Assembly: GCA_965637545.1 (NCBI GenBank) | Contig: OZ281498.1 | Span: forward strand, 17,546,001-17,610,000 | Direction: 5' to 3' | Source: Phallusia mammillata | Taxonomy: Eukaryota | Length of the DNA stretch: 64,000 bases | Shown: one piece after another, positions 22,395 through 33,600 of the stretch | How positions within the stretch are numbered: the first letter of the stretch is position 1 | Layout of the letters: every line of letters starts with the position of its first letter | Made by a program: the position numbers and the translations under genes | The notes under the pieces: generated by a model | The model's database searches: none | What the model saw: the letters and a program-made list of their open reading frames with translations, nothing else | What the model was told of the DNA's origin: nothing

Positions 22395-25300
22395 ATGTGG
22401 TTTTACATTGGATTTTTGCTGTACATTGGATTGTTGCAAGGCACTAGAGCAGGGGTTCTTAACCTGGGGTGCACGCACCCCCAAGGGGTGCGAGAACTGT
22501 TCCTAGGGGGTGCGGGGATGCTGAATCATTAAGGTTGGTTAGGTCTATTCTATTTAAGCAATTACAGAAGGGGGAGCGAAAATTGGTTAGTGATTTGAAA
22601 GGGGGTGCGAAAATTGGTTGGTGATTTGAAAGGGGTGCAGCAAGGAAAAAAGGTTAAGAACCACTGCACTAGAGGTTTGCGAATCACTTTTTTTAACTTT
22701 TGGGTATTTTTATTTTGCAATTAATTTGTATTTTGTTAAAACCTTGCTTTAACGTTGACTGAAATCTTGTTTTAAACGTTTTCTACATAAGCTATTGCTT
22801 CCCTAGAGGGCGCCATGCTTTTAGTTGAAACCCTATATACATTGTATCAAAATTGTTTAAAATATATGCAAAACTAAAGGTTTACAATGTTGGAAATGTG
22901 ATCAAGCAGAAACTGTACAAGATTGTGCAAGATACGGAGAGACAGTTTCTTGTTCCGGAAAACAGGTAATTTACTATGCAACTAATGCAGTGATCATCCT
23001 ACAACAGTTTTTGTTAAATCTGTAGTTGCATAACATATACTAATTAATGATCATGAAAGGGCTAATTTTGTCAGACCCATCACATTGAACTTCGTGTTGG
23101 TGGATTTTGTAAAGCATTTTCACTTTAGTAGCCTCCTTTTAACACGCAAATAAAACCACTGTATGTATTTCGTCAAACGGTTTAAAGCTAAAGACGACAT
23201 ATCCACAGTTTGCAGATTTCAAAAACTATCTGAACAACATTTTTGACCAATTACGTTTTCTCATGCAGGATATCTGTTCGACAGTTGTACGTCGCGAGAA
23301 AAATCGAAACATAGTGTGGAAACGATGCAAACAACGCATGGCCTGTGAGGCTGGTGAAAAACAGGTAATTGATTAACCGAGACAGATTGCTTGGCAAAAA
23401 AGTCGATCTCTAGCGCCACTTCCCGGCTGGATATATTGTACTTGTTCAACAGCAAACCAGGCTTTTTTTAGAACTTTATTGGGAGTAGAACTTTTCAACA
23501 TCAATGCAACACAGATCAGAGCTCATCTATTTGTACATGCTGTTGCAAATCCTCGATGTGTAACCGAAATACTATGTGTAAAGGTCATAATTTTTAATGC
23601 TTGAGTAGATACAAACTGGGTATTGGTGTGATTCGAAAGGTCCAATGGTAACAGCTGTTCATGTTGACATAAACAAAAATAATGTATTTAGATCTAATAA
23701 TTTGATGACATATGTTAATTTGTTCTACAGCTGATGCAAAATGTCCGCTTATCTCCAACACGTTCAGAAACGGAGAAGTTAGTTGCAGTAATGGCAACAA
23801 TCCTGGTTCAGTTTGTAAGTTTACTTGCACCAGTGATGGATTCTCGATCCAACCCACGCCACAAGCTGGGACATCTCGATGTCTTCGTAACGGACAGTGG
23901 AGTCAACCGAAGCAGTGCTGCGCAAGTTAGTATTTGAACTTATGTGACACACTATAGACAAAAATCAGATATAAGTTATATATTTTTTTCAGGGCCATGT
24001 CCTCCGTATGTTCCTATCGATTACATGGCTTTGGTGCATGCAAGTAACGAAGTAGCTTGGAAACAAGTGGCAGATAACGTTGTAAAGTCAATTCTCACGT
24101 AAGATATTAAAAAATATGGTGTCAAAACCTTTAATCCAGGGGTTCTTAACCAGGGGGTACAAGAACTGTTCTTAGGGTGTGCGGCGTGCGGGGATGCTTT
24201 ATAAAAATTAAATTACAATGGTTTTGTTATTTAAGCAAATGCAGAAGGGGGAGCGAAAATTTGTGGTGATTTGAATGGGGTCCTGCAAGTAAAAAGCTTA
24301 AGAACCACTGCTTAATCGAAATACATTAGCATAAATATTGTATTCAGAAAGTTTTTTTTTAATCATTGGATGTACGTAAAGGGACTTTGTTTAAATATCT
24401 TGTAGTAGTTTTTATTTTGCTTTACCATGTCTTTGGATTTGCCTTACAGAGCATACCACACTGGACCAGACTCAATGAGGATAGCTAGGATTCCATTCAG
24501 CAGCAGAGTGCATACTGAAAACGCTATCGACTTTAAGAATACCCCTCCTACGATTAACAGCACGGCGTTCTTTAAACGAGTTAGTGCTCAGAAGTTTGCC
24601 AAGACAGGTGGGAAAGTAATCGTCAAGATGCATAAAAAAACTGGAATAGTGAATGAAAATTAATCTAAGATATATTTGTTTATTCCACGCAAAAAAAAAG
24701 ATTTTAAGTTGGGTTTAAGTCTAGATTGAAGTTTTTTAAGTTAAACACTATACACGTACCTGTTTGTAAATCTATGAGTTGTAACCAAAAAGGCGACATT
24801 TTGTTGCTTAGATTTAAATAAAAACGCTTGCTAACCTCCGTGATTATCAAGTTAAAACATAAAATTCTGACTACATTTCATCAATCTATTTCACCATTAG
24901 ATAAAATTTTGGGAACCTTATTGATAATGATCAACGTCTTTTCTGTTTACAGACGATGGCCTTGTTAACATAGGAGTTGCGCTTAAATATGCCGTGCAGC
25001 GCTTTAAGAAAGACAAACGACTCCAAAGTGACCATTTGGATATGTTGATAGTCGCAACTGATTCCATGTCAGATGATGACGTGTTGACACCTGCACAAGA
25101 GTTGCGAGATTTAGGAGTGTTGGTAAGAGCTTTAGAACAGCAACAAAACGAGAGACTATTTATGACAAAATAAGTTACACACACTGGTGAAATTCATTTT
25201 TTTGTCGGTCGGTTCTATTACAAAAGGTCATACTTTTCAGCCGGTTCTGTTACAAAAAGTCCATTAACAGTAACCTGTAGCGGCCGTAATTTACTTAAAA

Positions 25301-26918
25301 ATCTGTGCAGCCTGGATCTGCACCGACCGCCGCACTAGGGGGTTTCCTCATTTGTCTTGATCGCAACACTGTCTGCCTGATGGTACAAATTTCTCCTTGG
25401 TTGCACAACAGCATTGGTTCTCTGTTAAACGAACAGAAACGTGTCACAATCGGCAATAATACGCACATTCAATATGACCGATAAACTTCACAAAGAAATA
25501 TGTTACGTTAAGAAAGTCAATACTTCTTAAATCATACACAACATTATCACGACATTTAACTAACACGCTTTACACATTCAATTACGTACCAACTTGTTAG
25601 GAGTCCAGGACTAAATTACAGGCACTTTGACGGACTAAGACGTTTCAGCATTTCAATAACTTTAACTTTCATGTTTTTATAGCTACACATAAAACACTAA
25701 TGTTAGAACAAAACATTTCCAAAACTAAATTGAATCAACTATGAACTGCGACAACTAAAACTGCTGCTTACAGCACAGAAAGAAACTGTAAAACGTGGTC
25801 AGCACAAGATTGCGACACTGATGACATCACACACATTGTTACGTTTGGAGATTTCTAACCAATCCTGGCAGACGCTTTGTTACGTCATAGTCAATGAAGT
25901 GAGATTACTGACGTGGCCTAGAAACAGGGAAAGAAAGCACATGCAAGTAATTTCTCGCTGTAACAGTAACCAGTAATGCTAACCGGTTCGCTGATCTTAT
26001 TTCGTGAGACGGTTCTACAGAACCGAAGTGAACCGGTATGACAAAGGAAATAACACTGCTACAGACATTTAAAATTTGTAAAGGACAAAATAATAAATAT
26101 ATTGTTAACTTACAGGTATCCAAAATTGATTTCACATGTTTAACGTGTTTCTATCTGTTAGTGACAAAGATAGCTGGTAAATATATTGGTAAAATGCACA
26201 GCCTGTCATGTTCCCGTTTTCACGGGTACGCAAAAGTTTGGGACTGACCATCGGAAGTTCTCTGATCGGCAGCAAACCTTTTCTTTTACATTTATTCACG
26301 TCCAACCACCAGTAATCAAAACAACAAAAACAATTCAGCACTACTTCGCAATTATCTCTATCACGTTCTATATCATTCTCTGTTATATTATGTTATCGTT
26401 AGATGGGCGCTCTTATAACGTTGATGCAACAATGAAAAGGGTAAAAGGCACTAACATGCCGTGACGATTTCCTTTAGATAAAACAATGGACACTGCAACG
26501 GGCAACGGCGCACGATAAAACTGGCACACTATAACAATGACAACACAATAGCGCCTGCAACGATAGATTCTAGAGACAAACAGACGTTGCCCGTGATCCG
26601 TGGTAATTGGGTCGCGCGACATTGTCAAGGGGCGGTTTAGAACATTTGTGACACAGCCCTTGTACCCCTTAAAGCAGCCAACACCTAAACAATAGTTCAC
26701 ACTGCAGATTATATCTATAATATTTTTTTTGGTTTTTCCAGACATTTGCCAGATTTATGCGTCAGTCAATCAACGACCCGTATAACATGACACAGCTGAT
26801 GGAAATTGTTGGAGCAGAAAATCGGGTTGCTATTACCAATTTAAAGGCGTCACTACAGAAAAAGAGACCAGAATTTGTTCCACCTTGTGTATGCAATGAC
26901 ATATGTCGCTTTTATTAG
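22395..26918 (+). CDS. LSV copy 5 (subfamily C): exons open, but a MITE sits between the last base of exon 1 and its donor; probably disrupted
   Basis: Exons 22395-22449 (MWFYIGFLLYIGLLQGTRG), 22880-22965, 23269-23364, 23472-23583, 23731-23925, 23993-24098, 24450-24607, 24953-25122, 26742-26918. The original donor gtttgc is displaced to 22675. Confidence 0.8.
22450..22666. mobile_element. hAT (Charlie-like) MITE, family 2 (TIR caggggttcttaacct)
   Basis: TIR caggggttcttaacct / aggttaagaaccactg; perfect TSD cactagag at 22442-22449 and 22667-22674; the equivalent site in copy 6 (27653-27660) is empty. Confidence 0.92.
24137..24310. mobile_element. hAT MITE, family 2, second copy (intron 6 of LSV copy 5)
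   Basis: caggggttcttaacc ... cttaagaaccactg; imperfect TSD ctttaatc / cttaatc; absent from copy 6 intron 6. Confidence 0.8.
25276..25965. mobile_element. Solo-LTR-like insertion nested in the family 3 MITE
   Basis: Begins TGTAGCG and ends CGCTGTAACA; gtaacc is duplicated on both sides; absent at the paralogous position in copy 6 (near 34795). Confidence 0.65.
26204..26653 (-). mobile_element. Solo LTR (TGTCA...TGACA)
   Basis: Inverted termini tgtca / tgaca; 5-bp TSD cagcc; AATAAA on the minus strand; absent from copy 6 intron 8. Confidence 0.75.
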
Positions 26919-27027
26919 ACGTTTCTGTTGTTAAAAAAAGCTATGAAAAACAAAAACACATTACTGAGAAATCTAATATTTTGAAATGAATGAAACAAAA
27001 CTACGGTATGGTTGCTTGTAGTTATTC

Positions 27028-27110
27028 AAGAAAAATAAAATTTGCTACAGAAGTTTTCATATTTTCGTCCCGATTCGTAGTTACAGAGTGTATAATTACT
27101 CTGCATTACC
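27028..27110 (-). pseudogene. Relic of a subfamily B exon 1 and its 5' flank
   Basis: aagttttcatattttcgtcccgattcgtagttacagagtg...ctgcattacc matches copy 4 at 17773-17832. The minus strand reads ATG AAA ACT TCT GTA GCA AAT TTT ATT TTT CTT and then joins the copy 5 3' flank. Confidence 0.65.
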
Positions 27111-27605
27111 ACGATACTTGTCCGTTGTTTTACTGTAAAACTGACATTTAAATGGTTTTTGATGCAATAAAAATTTAGTGGTGAAAAACGTTTGTTTATA
27201 ACCTCAGCTTATTGTACCAATTGATATTTTTTCAAGTATGTTTCAAAACCCAGGTTTTACCTTTTTACTAATGAAGCTTAATTTTAGAAACACACCTTAC
27301 AGAGCAATTAAGCTTGTTGACTTTTGTACGATATTTACTTGCTATCACCTACAGGGCTATATGCGGTTCAAACTTTTTCTTGAAAATGAACCAAACTTTA
27401 CATAGCCTGGAGCTGAAAACAGCAAAAAATCATGTCTAACATCAACTCACACTCGTAATTTATCACGTAATTAGCTATTTTCAAAACACATTTTTTTAGG
27501 CAGTTTCGGCAGGCTGCAAATGCTCGTATGCTATTAGGTAGAAAGGATAGAACTGCTAACCAAGCTTCAGGTATATAGAGGCTCTTTATTTGTGATCCGC
27601 AAAAT

Positions 27606-30600
27606 ATGTGGTTTTACATTGGATTTTTGCTGCACATTGGATTTTTGCAAGGCACCAAAGGTTTGCGAATTACTTATTTCAACTTTTAGGCATTTTTGTA
27701 TTGCAGTTAAATTGTGGTTTGTTGAAACTTTGCTTTAACGTTAACTGAAATCTTGTTTCAAGCGTTTAATCTGTTGCTGCCAGACATACCATAATAACAA
27801 TTATTGGCATCCCTGTAGATTTATATTGTAAAATACATAATGACACGTTGTAACACACACAAAAAACTTTAAAACTTAACGTTAACTTTAGTTTGGACTT
27901 CCTATGCATTTTAATAAAATTGTTTAAAATAAATGCAAAACTACAGGTTTACAATGCTGGAAATGTGATCAAGCAGCAACTGTACAAGATTGTGCAAAAT
28001 TCGGAGAGACTGTTTCTTGTTCCGGAAACCAGGTAATTTCCTATGCAACTAATGTCGTGATCAACATACAATTTTTTTTTGTCAAATACGTAGTTGCATA
28101 ACATATACCAGTTAATGATCATAAATGGGCTAATTCTGTCACACCTATCACTTTGAACTTCGTGTTGCTGTTGTTTTTTACTCAAGCATCTTTTACTTTA
28201 GTAGTGTTTAGTAGCATCTTCTCAACACGCAAATAAGACCATTGTTTGTATTTTACAAACAGTTTGTTACTCGAAGCTGACGACAACAGTTTGTTACTCG
28301 AAGCTGACGATCCATAGTTTGCAGATCGTAAAATACTGTTGACGCAGAACTTTGAATTAAAAAAAAACTTAAAAACATTTCTGTCCAATTACGTTTTCTC
28401 ATGCAGGATATCTGTTCGACAGTTGTACGTCGCGAAAAAAATCGAAACATAGTGTGGAAAGGATGCAAACAACGCTTGGCCTGTGAGGCTGGTGAAAAAC
28501 AGGTAATTGGCTAACCGAGACAGATAGCTGAAATAAAGGAAAATTGAACGCTACTTCCCGGCTGGATTTATTCTACTTGATTATCAGCAAACCAAGCTTG
28601 AATTTTATGTTGTTAGAACTTTATTGGGAGTAGGACTTCTCAACATCAATGCAACACAGATCAGAGCTCATCTATTTGTACATGTTGTTGCAAATCCTTG
28701 ATATGTAACCGAAATACTATGTGTACAGGTAATAAATTGAAATGCTTGAGTACATGTAAATTGGGTATTGATGTGATGCAAAAGGTCCAATGGTAACAGC
28801 TGTGTATTTTCCTAGGAAATCAGAGTTCAATAATGTATTTGATAAAATAATTTGGTGACATGTTTTAATTTGTTCTACAGCTGATGCAAAATGTCCGCCA
28901 ATCTCCAACACGTTTAGGAATGGAGAAGTAAAATGCAGTGATTCCAACAACCATGGTTCAGTTTGTGAGTTTACTTGCACCAGTGATGGATTCTCGATTC
29001 AACCCACACCAGAAGCTGGGAGATCGCGATGTCTTCGTAACGGACAGTGGAGTCAACCGAAGCAATGTTGCACAAGTTAGTATTTGGAATTATGTGAAAG
29101 ACTAACGACAAAAATCACATGTCTTTTTTTTCAGGACCATGTCCTCCGTATGTTCCTATCGATTACATGGTTTTGGTGCATGCAAGTAACGAAGTAGCTT
29201 GGAAACAAGTGGCAGATAACGTTGTAAAGTCAATTCTCACGTAAGAATGAAAAAAAATATGGTGTCAATACCTCAAACCAAAACATATCAGCAAAATCAA
29301 AATAACTGTATTTAGAAAGCAATCATTGGATGTACGTAAAGGGATTTTCTTTACAAATCTTGTGGTAGTTGCAGTTTATGTGACATATTTTGCTTTAACA
29401 TGTCTTTGGTTTTGACTTACAGAGCATACCACACTGGACCAGACTCAATGAGGGTATCTAGGATTCCATTCAGCGGCAGAGTGCATACTGAAAACGCTAT
29501 CGACTTTAATGATCCTGACATGATTAACAGCACGGCGTTCTTCAAACGAGTTAGTGCTCAGAAGTTCGCCAAGACAGGTGGGAAATTAGTGCTCAAAAGT
29601 TTGCAAAGACAGGAAAAAAAGATAATGAAACTGTTAAGGATTTCTATTGTTGCGTTGTAATTTCGAACGTTGTGTTTTAATTAGCACCTCATTTCGAGCC
29701 TTGTATGCCTTTAGCGCAGTGCAGCATTCCTTACATTTCAAGTATGGTCCGCAAGCACACTATTCCTAATCTAGCGTGTTTTCCGTGGAATGTAAATGGA
29801 TAATCGTTGCCTATATAATGCTGCGCATGTTGAGTTTAATCATTCTATTTTATTTCCGTTTACTTGGTGTCGTAAATACAACAACTTGAAGAATACAACA
29901 ATTGGCGACGAGGATGGGATCCAGCTGAACGAGGTAAACGCAGCCTGGTCCTATAAAATCTCTAATAATGGAGAAATTTTTAGAAGCCATGCAAAAACAG
30001 ATGGAACTGCAAGAACGCCGACACCAAGAGCAAGAACGCCGACATCAAGACCAAATGGAAACTTTGATGAACTTTTTGAAGCAGTCGTCGACATCTGAAA
30101 GTTCCGCCACGCCCAGTTCCAGCACAGCCACGCCCAATTTTCCAGCGTTTGATCAAACCATGGAATTGTGGGAAGATTATTGGTCGAGATTTCGCACGTT
30201 TTTCAAGGCACATGCTGTGTCCGATGACCGCAAAGCACAAGTGTTTTTGACCAACCAGACTAGTACGGTATATCAGTTGTTGGCCAATTTAGCAGGTCAA
30301 AGTTCGCCGCCGAAGCAAGTCAACGATTTGACGATGGAAGAAATCGTAGGTTTCATGAAAGACCAGTTTGATCCCAAACTTTTTGTTGTGCGGGAACGAT
30401 TTCGCTACTGGAGTGAAATGAAGCGAAAACCAGGAGAAGCAATCCAGGAACTGGCAGCACGAATCCGTCAAGGCGCCAGCACCTGTGATTTTCCATCCAT
30501 CAAGGATCCGTTAGATGAGGCACTTCGTACACGCTTTATTTGTTCCGTAAAAAATGAAGCAGTTCTAAAGGCCGTATTTAAAATTAAAAGTGACGAGTTG

Positions 30601-33600
30601 ACTTTCGCACGGGCAGTTCAAGTCGCCATGGAGACGGAGGACGCCGCTAGAGTTGCTAAAGAAACCGTTTACGGGACGCAACAAAGTGAGGTAAACAAGG
30701 TGCGCAAGTTTCGTCCAAGGAATCAGCGACACCGGGAGGTTCCTTCTGCAGAGCTCCAGAACGAGAATTCAAGCTCATATAATTGTTATCGTTGTGGCAA
30801 GAAGGGCCATTTTGCAAGTGAATGTCGTTTTAAGGCTTCAACTTGCAGTTTTTGCAAACGACGTGGGCATTTACAGTCGGTCTGCAGAAAGAAAGCGTAT
30901 CACGAATCAATGAAAGTAAAATGTGTCGACAAGTTTACTGTGAAAAATATTTCAAACCAAGTAGCTAAAGTTCCAAAATTGGAGGTTCCAATTTCTATCA
31001 ACAAGAAAACTTGCATCATGGAACTCGACACCGCTGCAGGTGGAAATTTTCTGTCCATTGCGGCCTGGAAAAGTCTTGGAAAGCCGAAGCTTCGAGACCC
31101 AGATACGCGATATCAATCTGCTACAGATCATCCCATGCCAATCCTAGGTTCTTTTACAGCTATGGCGAGACATGCTGGGTCAAACAAGGATTGTAACATT
31201 ACGTTACTTGTTTCAAGCATCCCTAAGCTGAATCTATTAGGTCGTGACGCCATCAAGAAGATGCATATTTCTTTAGACGACATTCTTCACAAAGAAAATC
31301 CGGTCAACATTATCGACAAAATTGAGGAACAAAATCTCGCACAAGAGTGCCGAAAACTTTGCGAAAGTTTTTTTGCGTTAATCCCCAACTTAAAACGCAT
31401 CGTCATCCATTACCTCTACCAGACGAATTAATACGAAGACTTGGGGGTGGACATGGTTTTACAAAGATAGATCTCGCGGATGTGTATAATCAAATCATGC
31501 TAGGCCCCGAAAGCAGAAAGAGGTTGGCACTTAGCACGCACCGTGGTGTGTTGCTGCAAAACGTTTTGCCGTTTGGTATATCTTCTGCTCCAAGTTATTT
31601 TCAGAAAATCATGGATGACCTTACTTGTGATTTACCAGGAGTTGCTGTATATTTAGATGATATCCTCGTGAGTGGTTCTTCTGCCGATGATCATCTCAAA
31701 AATCTGCGACGTCTTTTTGAAAGATTAAACAAGAAGGGTCTTCGTTGTCGCATGGAAAAATGCAAATTTGCCCAAAACAAGGTGGAGTATTTGGGCCACA
31801 TATTATCAAAGGACGGAGTAGAAAAAGGTGCAAAAGTCGATGACGTCATTAAAATGCCTCCGCCGCACAACGTCTCAACACTTCGTTCGTTTCTTGGTTC
31901 TGTGCAGTTTTACGGCAAGTTCATGACACCGAATTTTTCAACAGTGTCAGAACCGTTACACCGACTTACAAGAAAAGGTGTCGAGTGGAAGTGGCAAGAA
32001 ACAGAACAAGACGCATTTGAGCAACTAAAACGTATGTTGTCATCCAACAACGTGCTCACGCATTTTGACCAGACGTTGCCTGTTGGAATTGCGTGTGACG
32101 CCTCTTACGTTGGTATCGGAGCTGTATTGTTTCACCGTTATCCAGATGGTAGCGACCGGCCGATAGCCAATGCATCGAAGACATTGACCGACAGTCAACG
32201 AAATTACAGTCAAATACAAAAAAAAGCTTTAGCAATTGTTTACGCTCTAAAGAAGTTCTATCAATACTTGTTTGGGAGGAAGTTTATCCTTATGACCGAT
32301 CACAAGCCTTTGCTGTCGCTGTTTGGGCCAAACAAGGCTACTCCAGCCCTTGCAGCCAATCGTTTAGCTCGATGGGCATTATTCTTAAATCAATTTTCAT
32401 ACGACATAGTTTACCGCAAAACGTCAGAGCATCAAAATGCTGATGTCCTAAGCCGCTTACCTGTGGGTCAAGATCCAGTTTTTGACGGAAAAGAAAGTGC
32501 TCACGATGTAGATACCGTTTGCAATATTCGGACTTTGAGTTTACAAGTTCAACCGTCAGATTCGTATTCTTTGCAGAAAGAGACTGCCAAAGATCCTACA
32601 TTGACCAAGGTGATGCGTTATACTCGAGAAGGATGGCCGGCGAAATTTCGCGTAGAGGATATAAATGATCCAGCAGAGAGTTTTCGAAAAATTAAAGAAT
32701 CACTGAGCACATGCTACGGATGTCTATTATACGGCTCACGAGCGGTGATTCCTGAAAGTATTCGACCAAAAGTTCTTAAACTACTACACGAAGGACACTT
32801 CGGTATGCAGCGTATGAAGCAGTTGGCTCGTACAGCAGTCTACTGGCCAAACATCGACAGGGACATCGTTGATCTCTGCCGAAAGTGTAATACGTGTGCG
32901 GTATATCAGAACGCTCCATCAAAAGTTGCCCTGCATCCATGGATGAGTCCAGAAAAGCCGTGGAGTCGGTTACATGTTGACCATGCAATTAACTTCATGG
33001 GTTACAACTGGTTGCTGCTAATTGACGCATATTCGAAATACCCGTGTATTCATCCGACGCAGTCGATATCAGCAAAACTACAATCGATCTTTTGGAGAAC
33101 GACTTTTCTCATTTCGGTTATCCTCACACGCTTGTGACAGATAATGCTCCCACGTTCATGTCCGAACAATTTCAGAATTATTGCAAAGAGCGAGGAATAG
33201 TTCACGTTACAGGAGCACCTTACCATCCAGCCACTAATGGCGCTGCTGAGCGCTTGGTACAAACTTTTAAGCAGGCTCTTCGGAAGTCGTCAAGTCCGCC
33301 TAAAGAAGCGCTGCTCGAGTTTTTAATGCAGTACCGCCGAACACCGACCGGAAGTGGTTATTCACCAAGCGAGCTTTTAAACCACCGACAGATGCGTACA
33401 AAGATTGATGCATTGCTTCCATCTCCAGCCCACACCACACAAGGGATCCAATCGAAGATCGCCACCAAATCTCAGTCTCTAGTGCGAAGAGCAAACGTTT
33501 ATTCATACAAAGTTGGTGATCCTTGTTATGCCCTTTACTTTGGTCCTAGGCACAACCAACAACCACGCTGGGTGGCAGCAAAAGTTATCAAGCGACATGG

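Noticed and set aside
28259-28310. 27-bp tandem duplication in copy 6 intron 2
   Set aside because: Ordinary slippage duplication.
29796-31196. Short ORFs overlapping Gypsy gag
   Set aside because: Alternative-frame and antisense shadows.
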